This document shows, one piece after another, positions 48,965 through 59,527 of a stretch of 64,000 nt of DNA; the first letter of the stretch is position 1; every line of letters begins with the position of its first letter. A program made the translations under genes and the position numbers. Origin of the DNA: Candidatus Cloacimonadales bacterium (lineage in GTDB: Bacteria > Cloacimonadota > Cloacimonadia > Cloacimonadales > JAFGVF01); NCBI GenBank assembly GCA_963678315.1, contig OY782781.1, forward strand, positions 2,016,001-2,080,000. The letters are read 5' to 3'. Under the pieces are notes generated by a model. The model saw only the letters and a list, made by a program, of their open reading frames with translations. It searched no databases and was not told the DNA's origin.

Positions 48965-51412
48965 TTACTTTCTACCTTCTAATGGGAATTTCATAATATC
49001 TGATAATTGGTTGTTTGATAGTACTACCTTGTATTCCCAATATTCATTAGATTTGGTATAGTCAAATGTTAATGTCCAGCAGTGTAAATTTCTAACTAAA
49101 CCAAGGCTTTGAGATAAAATTTCTCCATCAAGTATATCAAGACCACTATTATAAGTAACTGACCAATTTTTAGTTAAGTTAAAATTGGCAGTAACATTAA
49201 GATTGTTTGATCGTACGTGAAAGATATCTTTCTCAAAAGATGCAGAATTACTTAATGATAATGACCAGTCTCTAACTTCTGAATTAGATTTATAATAATC
49301 ATAATCTAACTTAGCATACTTCAAGGTATCTTGGATAACTCTTTGACCTGTCTTTAATGGATTTTTAGGTCTTGGAAAGTAATCAAAGAAGCTAGCATTT
49401 CCTGATAAAGACACAGATTGTCTCATTGACCAATCTCTAAAATTTAGGTCTAACCATTCTCTATCATAAAAGTCATTGGAAAAAGAGAAGCTATTATTAT
49501 AACTGACTGATACATCTCCAATGTTAAAACCTGGCGGGTTAAAGCTTAATGTATGTTTCAACTTAGATAGCTTTTTAGTGTCCTTTTCTAAGTCATAACT
49601 AGCTGAACTATTAAAAGAAATAAGATTATTTAATTTTTTATCTTGTTTGCTAGTAGTATCGAAGTACTTAACTTGCCACTTCTGATTCAGACTAAAGTTA
49701 ATACTTCTTCTTCTTTTTGAACTTGAGACCCCAACATTAGACCATGAATAAAACTTGTCATTCGAGGTAAAGTCAGGGGCATAAGTAAAGGAAACTTTCG
49801 GTGTAAGTACGTGTCTTATAGCTTTTATATTACCTAAATTGATTTTCCTAATTCCGTTTAAATTGGTGTTTATAGAACTTGAAGAATAATATGAGAATCC
49901 TCGTGCAAATCCATTATCCTCTTTAGTTCTGTCAAACCAAGATTCTGTATAGGATAATGATTGAGAGATATTGAAGTAGTCACTTACCTTAGGACTAAGA
50001 CTTAGTGATAGACTATGTTTTGCCCCAGCATAGTGTTTGTTTATTTCAGTTACATTACCTAATGAATCGGTTTCAGAAGTGTTATCCCAGATTATATCAC
50101 TGAATTCAGAATCTTCTTCAGTTACAGAACCATAATGTGATGCAGTAAAACCATAATTTAAAGAAAGACTTTTCCACCACAAATCTTTAGATTCTTTACT
50201 CGTGTATCCTAACATCTCATAGATTGGTTTAGGTGATTGAGAATAAGAAAGTGAAGGGAGTGTAATAGTTTTAGTATCAGTTACAAAATTCTGAGAATAA
50301 ACAGACGATATGTTCAAGGAAGAATTATCAAACTGCTTAGAATAAGAAACATTAGAAGACATTCTTTCTCTTAAACGCTCATCTATATCTGTAGAACTTT
50401 CATAAAGCTTTTTACTAGTAGCATAATCTATTTTTGCTGTCAATTTGGATTGGTCCTCAAAAGTTTGACGATGGTTACCTATAATACTCCAGTCTAATTG
50501 GGAAGCTGAATTTGCATAATCTCTACGTCTTACAAGAAAATTCAAATTGCCATTAAAAAGATAACGTTGAATATAGCGGTTGTTTATTGAAAAGTTCCAA
50601 CCTTTCTTTTCATAAAAATCAAAAGCAACTTTGCTATCAAAATAATCTTTATAAGCATAGTAATAAGCAATATTTTTAATATACTTTCCATCAGAGCTGT
50701 TCCAACCTGGTTGAGGAATCAAAACACCAGAATGTCTACCTTTTTTGATAGTAAAGGTAGCAAACGGAAAAGCCATAACAGGAAAATGATTAACATAATA
50801 AACAAAAGGTTTTCCTGCTATCTTATCACCAAAATAAACTCTAAGCTTTTTACCTTTAATATAGAAATGGGGATCGACATCATCACATGTAGTAAATTTA
50901 CCATCATCTATATCATAAACTTTGTCTGCAACTTTTCTAATTTGCTTTCCATATAAAAAACCATTTTCAATAGAACCAGAGCCGTATTCCATTAGACCAT
51001 TTTCTGAATCAATATCTATCTTAACATCATTACTTAGGAAAATTTGTCCATCCTGCTTTATCATTGCATCGCCACTAGAATAAGCGATCTTTTTATCCAT
51101 ATCTAAGTAAAGTGAATCTGCATCAACGGTGATATCTTTATATGTTATATGTGCGTTTCCTGACAACCACATTGTATTGTTTTCTTTATCATAAGAGGCA
51201 TTTTTAGCTGTGTATAATAGAGAATCAGGCTCTGTATATTCGGAATATTCAGTTTCAAGAGTATCAGATTTTACTCCAAGTGAATCACTTCCTGCAGTTA
51301 TAATATCTTTGTTCTCATCTATTTCTTGAGAAGAGAGCATTGTACTATGTATAACTAAGAGTACAGAGGCTATTAATATATATTTAATCGAATTTTTCAT
51401 GTTATTTTTCAT
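48965..51412 (-). CDS. lptD: LPS assembly protein LptD-like (start at 51412 or 51400)
   Basis: OstA-like N-domain, GKFTTCD, RHSGVLIP, long beta-barrel, RNLHCW. Confidence 0.85.
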   Translation of the reverse strand: MKNNMKNSIKYILIASVLLVIHSTMLSSQEIDENKDIITAGSDSLGVKSDTLETEYSEYTEPDSLLYTAKNASYDKENNTMWLSGNAHITYKDITVDADSLYLDMDKKIAYSSGDAMIKQDGQIFLSNDVKIDIDSENGLMEYGSGSIENGFLYGKQIRKVADKVYDIDDGKFTTCDDVDPHFYIKGKKLRVYFGDKIAGKPFVYYVNHFPVMAFPFATFTIKKGRHSGVLIPQPGWNSSDGKYIKNIAYYYAYKDYFDSKVAFDFYEKKGWNFSINNRYIQRYLFNGNLNFLVRRRDYANSASQLDWSIIGNHRQTFEDQSKLTAKIDYATSKKLYESSTDIDERLRERMSSNVSYSKQFDNSSLNISSVYSQNFVTDTKTITLPSLSYSQSPKPIYEMLGYTSKESKDLWWKSLSLNYGFTASHYGSVTEEDSEFSDIIWDNTSETDSLGNVTEINKHYAGAKHSLSLSLSPKVSDYFNISQSLSYTESWFDRTKEDNGFARGFSYYSSSSINTNLNGIRKINLGNIKAIRHVLTPKVSFTYAPDFTSNDKFYSWSNVGVSSSKRRRSINFSLNQKWQVKYFDTTSKQDKKLNNLISFNSSASYDLEKDTKKLSKLKHTLSFNPPGFNIGDVSVSYNNSFSFSNDFYDREWLDLNFRDWSMRQSVSLSGNASFFDYFPRPKNPLKTGQRVIQDTLKYAKLDYDYYKSNSEVRDWSLSLSNSASFEKDIFHVRSNNLNVTANFNLTKNWSVTYNSGLDILDGEILSQSLGLVRNLHCWTLTFDYTKSNEYWEYKVVLSNNQLSDIMKFPLEGRK

Positions 51413-51602
51413 TAAATGATATATTCTTATCTCTGTAAAATTTGTCAAGTCATGATAATTTCAATTTATCAGTCAAAATAAATAGATTTATAATGGCTCA
51501 ATACTTTAGTGAATTTTATATAAGCCTTAACAATTTTATGATAATTCTATCTTGACAAAATTGCTGCATTAAAAAAAATAAAAATAAAACTACTGGAGAA
51601 AA

Positions 51603-52406
51603 ATGGAAAAGCAACCAATTGGAATTTTTGATTCTGGGGTAGGAGGCTTAACAGTCTTTAAATCAATAAGAGAAACTTTCCCTCAAGAAGATATTGTCTA
51701 TTTTGGAGATACAGCAAGAGTCCCTTATGGTCCCAAGTCTAAAAAGACAGTCATTGATTACTCTATTCAAAACACAAGATTTTTACTTCAACATAACATT
51801 AAACTTTTAGTAATAGCATGTAATACTTCATCCTCAGTAGCTATTCCTTATATCCAGAAAATTACATCTATTCCAGTTATCGGAGTGATTTTACCTGGTG
51901 CTGAAGCTGCTTATAATATATCATCAAACAAAAGAATTGGTATTATTGGAACAGAAGGAACTATTAGATCTAATGCCTATGTTGATGAAATATTGAAGTT
52001 TAATGATTCAGTAGAAACTTTCTCTAAAGCCTGTCCTCTCTTCGTTTCTTTAGTAGAGGAAGGATGGATAAAGAATCCTGCTACAGAAATAATTATTGAT
52101 AATTATCTGAGCTATTTTAAGGAAAAAGATATAGATACTCTTGTTCTTGGTTGCACACATTATCCAGTATTATCCCCAGTTCTAAACAAGTACTTTGAGG
52201 GTAAAGTTAACCTTGTTGATTCATCACATGCTATATTAAGTAAAATACAGCAATACGTTGATGAAGATAAAACATGCATTGGAACTTCACAATTTTTTGT
52301 AAGTGATAATGAAGAAAAGTTTATGAAGATTGCTAATATGATTTTAGGCTATCCAATTCATGATTTAAAACGTGTCGCCTTAGGCGAGAGTTGGTTTGTA
52401 GACTAA
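51603..52406 (+). CDS. murI: Glutamate racemase
   Basis: FDSGVGGLTV, PYGPK, ACNTSS, LGCTHYP. Confidence 0.97.
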   Translation: MEKQPIGIFDSGVGGLTVFKSIRETFPQEDIVYFGDTARVPYGPKSKKTVIDYSIQNTRFLLQHNIKLLVIACNTSSSVAIPYIQKITSIPVIGVILPGAEAAYNISSNKRIGIIGTEGTIRSNAYVDEILKFNDSVETFSKACPLFVSLVEEGWIKNPATEIIIDNYLSYFKEKDIDTLVLGCTHYPVLSPVLNKYFEGKVNLVDSSHAILSKIQQYVDEDKTCIGTSQFFVSDNEEKFMKIANMILGYPIHDLKRVALGESWFVD

Positions 52407-53437
52407 TGAGACTTTCAGATCTCTATAAATACCTGATAGAAAACTATATAAACTTACCAGAGAAAAGTGTAGTTGTTCTTGCAGGACTAATCAAGGCACA
52501 ATCTGCAAATAAGTTTGAAGATTACGAACATATTGAAGAGTTATCTCTTGAGGTAAGGAAACATGGATCTTACCCAATGTTAGATATTTCTTCAGAATCA
52601 TTAAAAATAAGAACCCTTAAAGAGGTTCCAGAAGAAAAATATTATGTGCCAAGTGACTATTACTCCAATTGGGTATCTTTGTTTGATTTGATTATTGATG
52701 TTGGTTTTCCTAAATTCAATAATTTGAAAGCTGAGATGGTATATGGAGAAACAAAGAAACAAGATATAGATGATTCTATTCAACAAATTTTTAGACATTT
52801 ACTCATTTCTGGAAAGAAAATGTTAATTCCTAATTTTCCAAAAGACTCACTTGCAGATTATTATAACCTTGATTTAATTAGCTTAACAAACTTTTATCTG
52901 AACACATTCCAGATGATAAGTCAGAAGATGGTAACTTTTTCAATGAGAGTTGTTGGCTTATTAGAAAATACAATTACTACAAAGTTCTCTATCCAAGATA
53001 ATGAAGATATGTTTATTCATTTTGAAGCAAATAATGAAGAAATAGTAAATGAAACTGATACGTTCTCCAATACTATAACTTACTTACCATTTGGATATGT
53101 CAAGTGTACGTCAAAATCTTCATCTTTAAATTGTCACTTCGTAGCTGAAAGATTTTATTATAAAAACAGAATATGGACTAATGTGGAAGTTAAGTTTTCT
53201 GATGGTAATTTAACTTATTTAAAATTTGAGAACCCAGAGATCGAACAGGAATTTGTTAAAACAAGTTTAATTAATCGTAGGGATCTTATAGAAGTTTATA
53301 TTGGCACTAATAATGGGGTGGAAGACTTTTCAAACTATAATTATTATGATAGATGTATTCAAAACAATTTAAGTATTGTTTTCTATGACGAAGAATATAA
53401 TTTAATACAAATTTCTACAAACAAGATTAAAATTTAA
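52406..53437 (+). CDS. Degenerate M29 aminopeptidase-like protein
   Basis: ATG 52406 overlaps the murI stop; LPFGYV, KFSDGN, EVYIGTN resemble the M29 fold but lack the usual metal ligands. Confidence 0.5.
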   Translation: MRLSDLYKYLIENYINLPEKSVVVLAGLIKAQSANKFEDYEHIEELSLEVRKHGSYPMLDISSESLKIRTLKEVPEEKYYVPSDYYSNWVSLFDLIIDVGFPKFNNLKAEMVYGETKKQDIDDSIQQIFRHLLISGKKMLIPNFPKDSLADYYNLDLISLTNFYLNTFQMISQKMVTFSMRVVGLLENTITTKFSIQDNEDMFIHFEANNEEIVNETDTFSNTITYLPFGYVKCTSKSSSLNCHFVAERFYYKNRIWTNVEVKFSDGNLTYLKFENPEIEQEFVKTSLINRRDLIEVYIGTNNGVEDFSNYNYYDRCIQNNLSIVFYDEEYNLIQISTNKIKI

Positions 53438-53463
53438 AATATTATATAAAATGAGAGGAATCA

Positions 53464-55065
53464 ATGGCAAAGTATATTTTTGTTATGGGTGGAGTTTTAT
53501 CATCATTAGGTAAAGGTATTGCTTCCGCTTCAATCGGTTATTTATTGAAAAATATGGGCTATAACGTTGGATTACAGAAAATGGATCCATATTTAAATGT
53601 TGATCCAGGAACAATGTCTCCTTATCAACATGGTGAAGTTTTTGTTACAGATGATGGGGCAGAGACAGATCTTGATTTAGGTCATTATGAAAGATTTATT
53701 GATATTTCACTTACTAAACTATCAAGTACTTCTGCAGGTCAAATTTATGAATCTGTGTTAGAAAAAGAAAGACGTGGTGACTATTTAGGCAAAACAGTTC
53801 AGGTTATTCCTCATGTTACAGATGAGATTATATCTAGAATTAAGAGAATGGGTGAGAGATATGATATTGTAATAACAGAAATCGGTGGAACTGTAGGTGA
53901 TATTGAGTCCTTACCTTTCCTGGAAGCAGTTAGACAATTCAGAATGGAAGTAGGACGCGAAAATTCATTATTCCTACTTTTAACCTATGTCCCATTCTTA
54001 AAAGCTGCTGGTGAATTAAAGACTAAACCAACTCAACACTGTGTTATAAAACTCAGAGAAATTGGTATTCAAGCAGATATTCTTTTATGTCGTTCAGAAA
54101 AACCTTTCTCTCAAGATGTAATCAAGAAGATATCTTTATTCACTAATGTACAACAAAAATCTGTTATAAATGCTATTGATGTTGCATCAGTTTTTTCTGT
54201 TCCTCATAACTATTATGTAGAAGGACTTCACAAAACAATTTGTAAGCAACTTGAACTAAGTTGTAAAGAAATCGACTTTAGTCAAGTTGATGATTATGTA
54301 AAAAGAATTGCTTCTCCATCTGATACAGTGAAAATAGCTATTTGTGGTAAATATGTAAAACATCAAGATGCTTATAAGAGTATTGAGCAAGCATTGATTC
54401 ATTCAGGAACTCATCATGGTATTAAGGTTGATATCAAGTGGGTGGATTCTGAAAAAACTAATGATTATGAATCTATAAAAAGCAATTTAAAAGATGTTCA
54501 TGGCATTCTAATTCCAGGTGGATTTGGAGTTAGAGGTATTGAAGGTAAAATAGAAATTGTTAACTTTGCTAGAGAAAAGAATATTCCTTTCTTTGGTATC
54601 TGCCTTGGAATGCAAGTTGCAGTTATTGAGTTTGCAAGAAATGTTTGTAATATAGAAGATGCCTTTTCTTCAGAGTTTGACGACTATTGTGATAATCCTG
54701 TAATCCATCTTATGGAAGATCAACAATATATTGATAAGATGGGTGGTACAATGAGATTAGGTTCTTTCCCATGTAAAATCAAGAAAGATACTCTTGCTTT
54801 TGATATCTATCAAAAAGAGAACATTGATGAAAGACATCGACATAGATTCGAGTTCAATAACAAATACCGTGAAATAATGCAGGAACATGGATTAGTTATC
54901 TCTGGTACTTCACCTGATGACTTGCTTGTTGAAATTGTAGAATACCCTAAGAATGATTTCTTTGTTGCAGCCCAATTCCATCCAGAGTTTAAGTCAAGAC
55001 CTCTAAATCCTCAACCGATTTTTAGAGAGTTCGTGAAAGCAGCATTAAACCATAAAAATAAATAA
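53464..55065 (+). CDS. pyrG: CTP synthase
   Basis: GGVLSSLGKG, DPYLNVDPGTMSP, KTKPTQH, GICLGMQ, QFHPEF. Confidence 0.98.
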   Translation: MAKYIFVMGGVLSSLGKGIASASIGYLLKNMGYNVGLQKMDPYLNVDPGTMSPYQHGEVFVTDDGAETDLDLGHYERFIDISLTKLSSTSAGQIYESVLEKERRGDYLGKTVQVIPHVTDEIISRIKRMGERYDIVITEIGGTVGDIESLPFLEAVRQFRMEVGRENSLFLLLTYVPFLKAAGELKTKPTQHCVIKLREIGIQADILLCRSEKPFSQDVIKKISLFTNVQQKSVINAIDVASVFSVPHNYYVEGLHKTICKQLELSCKEIDFSQVDDYVKRIASPSDTVKIAICGKYVKHQDAYKSIEQALIHSGTHHGIKVDIKWVDSEKTNDYESIKSNLKDVHGILIPGGFGVRGIEGKIEIVNFAREKNIPFFGICLGMQVAVIEFARNVCNIEDAFSSEFDDYCDNPVIHLMEDQQYIDKMGGTMRLGSFPCKIKKDTLAFDIYQKENIDERHRHRFEFNNKYREIMQEHGLVISGTSPDDLLVEIVEYPKNDFFVAAQFHPEFKSRPLNPQPIFREFVKAALNHKNK

Positions 55066-55097
55066 GATATAATTATTATAATATAGTTTAGATTTAA

Positions 55098-55130
55098 TAA
55101 AGGCACGATTTAAAACCGTGCCTTTAATTA
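55098..55130 (+). terminator. Terminator between convergent pyrG and adhesin gene
   Basis: TAAAGGCACG...CGTGCCTTTA stem; second hairpin AGCC...GGCT at ~55144-55166. Confidence 0.7.
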
Positions 55131-55188
55131 TATTTTCTACTTCAGCCTTTATTATAATATAGGGCTAAAGACATGTGATCATATGATA

Positions 55189-58100
55189 CTATTTCATAAG
55201 AATCATCTTGTTTGTTTTTGATGTATTTCCACTTTTAAGTCGATAGAAATAAACACCTGAAGCTACATTACGACCTGCATCATCTTTACCATTCCAAGTT
55301 ACTGAATGATTCCCTGCATCATTTATCTCATTAACTAAAGTTTTTACCTTTTGTCCTAGAAGATTATATACTTGTAGTTTTACAGGACCTTTTTTGCTTA
55401 GAGAGTAATCTATCCTAGTTCCATTGCTGCGACCACCTTCTGCAGGTTTGAATGGGTTTGGATAGTTTGATTTCAAGTCAGTTACAAGCACTTGTTCGCT
55501 ATTATCATTAGCCACTCCCATGTCCGATTCTATAATAATATCATCTACCATAAAAGCTATTGTATCGTCAGATACACAATGTATAGCTAATCTGATAGTC
55601 TGACCTGTAAAATCATTTAAATTATATAGATAATGTTCCCATTCATTAGGCACCTCGATATATGAATCTCCAGAGATAAGTATAAAATCATTTGGATCGG
55701 TTGAACCAGAAGAAACTAACACCTCAAATCTTTCATTACCGTATCCATAAGTAAATGATTTTGCAAAAAAGTTAAAATAACCATCAACTCCAATTTCTAT
55801 AGCATCAGAAATAAGCCAATCATCATTTTGATTGCCAATTGCGGCAAAACTAGCAAGGTACTTGTCACCAGTATGAGCAAGAGCTTCTTCATTAGTACAA
55901 GGGGGAGTGGTTGCAGATGGATTAAATACCATGTATGCCATTGGATATTCTTCATTAGTGTAAGTATAAGAATATAAGCCGTATGTGTCACTTAAATCTC
56001 CGTCAACAAGTAACCAATTGTCTAATTCTAAAGCAAAATCATCATATTCTTCAAAGCTATCGTTGATTAAAATATGTTCTGGATTAGGTAAATATACAGT
56101 AGCTACTACAGGAGCAGAATAAGCTAATTCACCACTACTAAATAATGCTCCTACACGATACTCGTATTGATTATTAGCCAAAGCCAAGTCATCGTAGGCA
56201 AGGATGTTAGGCCCAAGCTCTGCAATTTCAAAACCATTACGATATATTTTGTAAGATATCAACTCTATATCTATAGTAATAATTGTAGGTAACCAGTTAA
56301 GAGTAACATCATTTTCATTTACTGTAGCAGTTAGGTTATATGGAGGATATATATGATTAGTATCAAACATAAAAGCAGAAACAACGTTTGAAGCATCAGA
56401 TTCTCCTTCAGTATAAGAAGCAGTTACATAATAGTTGTATGTTCCATTAGCTAATCCATTCTCCACATAAGTATATGTGTATTGATTTACTGTTGCTATC
56501 AATTGGTCATCACGATAGATATTAAATCCCTCTAAAAATCTACTATCATTCTTCCTACAAGATAGTTGTGATGTTTTATGCTTACTGGACCTTAATAATG
56601 TGTCTCTGGTTGGGGCTTGCCAATTTAGGACAACATTAGGTAATGTTACAGTTACAGTTAGATTTATAGGTGGAACTATCACATCGTTGAGTATCCATAC
56701 TATTTCAGAAATCTCAGGTTCTGACATTCTATCTCCATCATATACTGCTTTTACTGCGTATTTATAATAGTCATTAAGTTGGTTTATATCACTATCATTA
56801 TAAGTCAAATCAGTTAATGGCTCTGGATTAAGCAGAGTCCACACATCTTCATTATTAAAGTCAGAAGCTAAAAATCTATAGACATTATAACCTTGCATTG
56901 GTCTGTCTTTAGCTGCCTTTACTTTAACTGATGTTTTAGTCTTGCTCTTAGACAAAGTTGTTTCTGGAGCTGACCATGTAATATGGACTACATCTTCTTC
57001 TAGTACTGCACTAACATCTCTTGGAGGTGCAGGAGTATCAAAAAGCTCTATAGTACCTAAATCTATATCTGTGTTGTTTGGGCTAAATTGAGTAGTGTAA
57101 GTATCATATCCTTCAGCAGAAGCAGTTAATGTATAAGTATGATAAGCAGGAACACCTTCTATAGTGAAGTAACCTAATGAATCTGATGTTGCTTGGAATT
57201 CATTTGAGCTTGTGAGTACAATCTGGCCTTCGAGACCAAGATCAGTGTATTGATCTACTAATTGACCACTTACAGTTACATAATTGCTAACATAGCCAGA
57301 AGTGTTAGGAACAGGGAATGTTATATCAATAGCAGTATACTCCATACTTCCCCCAGTTTGTTGACCTATACTTTGAATTGAAGATCCATAAGTTTCGTCA
57401 TCTAGATAGGATAGGTAGAGACGTCCTACTTTAGTACTGTCAGCATTTTCAATAATATAATCTATTTTAGTAGAAGGATAAGGGAACTCAGGTATTTGAC
57501 CTAACATCTCAGCTGTATCAACTCCATTAAGAGTGATTGGGTCAGACCAAGAAAGTCCATTATCTTGTGAAACAGCAATGACTAAATCACACATTTGAGC
57601 ATAATCAGCTAATTCTGGATTTGTAGAAGGATCGCTATTATATCTTCTAGCCTTATCAGAATCTTGCCAGATTATAGCCATCATGCCTTCTTCATTCGCT
57701 TCTGTTATTCTCGCTGTTTGTAGATGGAATTGCATTGCAAAGTCGGCAGCGTTTTCATCCCAGTACATAAAAGGCCAAATATTGTATAATACAGGTTGTC
57801 CCCAATAATCAGTATCATTCTCAGTTATACCATCATCTATTCCATCATAGCTTCCATCATCAAGAACTTCATCAATGATTCCATTTCCATCTTTATCCCA
57901 CCATAACCAGGGAGAATAATCATCATGAGGATTACTTGTATTACCCGTAAAGTTAAACGGAGTATCCGCTTTTCTCGGGTAGACATCATTTACAAACCAT
58001 TCAAGTGTGTTAGTATCAAAAATGATATCTTTTATCACATGCAAATCAGGGTAATAAGAACCATCATCTTTACATACAGTATAGAAGGTAGGCATGTGAA

Positions 58101-59259
58101 TTTTACCTGTATTATCTAAAGAAACATTAAAATGGTTTGATTGACCAATCCCCACAGAAAGTTGATTGTCACTATATGGATTACCATTATCATTGAAGTA
58201 AAATCTTGCTGGTTCTTGAGGAAGTCCAGTATATGGATCTAAGTACTGTGGGTTTTCCATTGCAAAAGAGCTGTTAATAGCATAGTGTTCCCAAGTACCT
58301 TCCCCATAATTATCACAAATAAACACTTCTGTTTTAGCTTCTTCGATAGCATCATCGGCCTGAGTATCAGTAAAAGCAGTATGATGACCTATATAATAAA
58401 CTTTATCTTCATATACTTTTAAAGCCATGAAGGGTCTTCGCCACTCAGAAGAACTTACATTCCATTCATCCAATAATGGGATACTTGTTGATTCCCATCC
58501 ACTATTATCCAAGGATAAGAATTCCAGCACATTTTCTGTAAAGTCCTTATAAACAAGATAAATATTTTCTGATGAGCCACTTGTTCCACCATTGAAATCA
58601 GCATTTTTTCCCAAAATATAGAGTCGTTGACTGCCAGCAATTGGAGAAGGACCAATCTGAACTGAAGGCCAAATAAATTCATTAGTTGATACTGAAGTAC
58701 CATTGACATTGATAGTTATCGGATTATCAATAACAGTTAGAAGATCTGAATGAATTCCTATACAGCTGTTACCTATTAGGGCATCATACCCAGCAACAAT
58801 TTCTAAAGGGTAATCATCATCTTCATTTCTATGATAGGCTAAAATAGGCCTACCCTCGTTTGTAATGGCAAGGTCTGGATATCCTTCCCATACATCAGAT
58901 ACACCAAATGCAAAGTTTGAAATAACATTTCCATTTACATCAATAAATGCTTGATAAACCCGTCGATTCGTTGGGAAAGCAGGTTTTGTATGATAAACTA
59001 ACCAGTTGCCGTTAATGTTCCCTTCAACTCTTTGCATAGGAGAGCCATTATACGAACCAGGGAAATAGTCATAGTAATTGTCTATTAAAGATATTGGTTG
59101 AGTGAAAAACTCATATTCAGGTACATTTCTAGAATTTTGAACATTAGATTTAAGCTTTTTGCTATCAAGTTTTAAAGCTTTTCTAGGATCGTCAACACTT
59201 GCGTATACTATCCCTATTACAAAAAGAATAGTAATTGTTAAAAACAGTTTCTTAATCAT
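55189..59259 (-). CDS. Large secreted modular protein: unknown N-domain, carboxypeptidase-regulatory-like domain, 3 FN3-like domains, cleaved-adhesin domain, FlgD/Por-type CTD
   Basis: Start moved to ATG 59259 (GGAGG RBS, signal peptide MIKKLFL...); GYNVYR, GFNIYR and SYKIYR FN3 units; DSFEEY...NDDWLIS adhesin; NYPNPF...WNGKDDAG...ASGVYFY...KMILMK. Confidence 0.85.
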   Translation of the reverse strand: MIKKLFLTITILFVIGIVYASVDDPRKALKLDSKKLKSNVQNSRNVPEYEFFTQPISLIDNYYDYFPGSYNGSPMQRVEGNINGNWLVYHTKPAFPTNRRVYQAFIDVNGNVISNFAFGVSDVWEGYPDLAITNEGRPILAYHRNEDDDYPLEIVAGYDALIGNSCIGIHSDLLTVIDNPITINVNGTSVSTNEFIWPSVQIGPSPIAGSQRLYILGKNADFNGGTSGSSENIYLVYKDFTENVLEFLSLDNSGWESTSIPLLDEWNVSSSEWRRPFMALKVYEDKVYYIGHHTAFTDTQADDAIEEAKTEVFICDNYGEGTWEHYAINSSFAMENPQYLDPYTGLPQEPARFYFNDNGNPYSDNQLSVGIGQSNHFNVSLDNTGKIHMPTFYTVCKDDGSYYPDLHVIKDIIFDTNTLEWFVNDVYPRKADTPFNFTGNTSNPHDDYSPWLWWDKDGNGIIDEVLDDGSYDGIDDGITENDTDYWGQPVLYNIWPFMYWDENAADFAMQFHLQTARITEANEEGMMAIIWQDSDKARRYNSDPSTNPELADYAQMCDLVIAVSQDNGLSWSDPITLNGVDTAEMLGQIPEFPYPSTKIDYIIENADSTKVGRLYLSYLDDETYGSSIQSIGQQTGGSMEYTAIDITFPVPNTSGYVSNYVTVSGQLVDQYTDLGLEGQIVLTSSNEFQATSDSLGYFTIEGVPAYHTYTLTASAEGYDTYTTQFSPNNTDIDLGTIELFDTPAPPRDVSAVLEEDVVHITWSAPETTLSKSKTKTSVKVKAAKDRPMQGYNVYRFLASDFNNEDVWTLLNPEPLTDLTYNDSDINQLNDYYKYAVKAVYDGDRMSEPEISEIVWILNDVIVPPINLTVTVTLPNVVLNWQAPTRDTLLRSSKHKTSQLSCRKNDSRFLEGFNIYRDDQLIATVNQYTYTYVENGLANGTYNYYVTASYTEGESDASNVVSAFMFDTNHIYPPYNLTATVNENDVTLNWLPTIITIDIELISYKIYRNGFEIAELGPNILAYDDLALANNQYEYRVGALFSSGELAYSAPVVATVYLPNPEHILINDSFEEYDDFALELDNWLLVDGDLSDTYGLYSYTYTNEEYPMAYMVFNPSATTPPCTNEEALAHTGDKYLASFAAIGNQNDDWLISDAIEIGVDGYFNFFAKSFTYGYGNERFEVLVSSGSTDPNDFILISGDSYIEVPNEWEHYLYNLNDFTGQTIRLAIHCVSDDTIAFMVDDIIIESDMGVANDNSEQVLVTDLKSNYPNPFKPAEGGRSNGTRIDYSLSKKGPVKLQVYNLLGQKVKTLVNEINDAGNHSVTWNGKDDAGRNVASGVYFYRLKSGNTSKTNKMILMK

Positions 59260-59498
59260 GATGCCTCCACAGTCAATAGAATTAGCGACTAAGTCTAGAA
59301 TTAACCCCGAATGTATTATTTGGGATAAAGTCATAACTCTAGCATACTTACGACTAGTCTTAATCATGTAAGGATGATACAATTGTTAAAATAATTTATA
59401 AATATACCCTGTCTTAACTATTTAACAAAGATAACCATCTTGACTCTTATAACCAATATACTGAATTAGACTTCTCCTAGCTCTTTTAGCCTTTTTCA

Positions 59499-59527
59499 AA
59501 ATTAATCCAGCTTTTTAAATATGTCAA
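59499..59527 (-). promoter_or_regulatory. Possible sigma70 promoter of the adhesin gene, implying a ~230 nt leader
   Basis: Minus strand TTGACA (59522-59527), 17 nt, TAATTT. Confidence 0.35.

Noticed and set aside
1312..58709. Numerous short antisense or alternate-frame ORFs (60-103 aa) inside long genes
   Set aside because: Shadow ORFs of well-supported genes with no independent signals
59260..59382. Extended N-termini in the ORF track (also mraZ to 16377, ftsL to 14898, rimO from 33963, lptD to 51448)
   Set aside because: Downstream ATGs have better RBS or signal-peptide context; the extensions run over promoters or neighbouring genes
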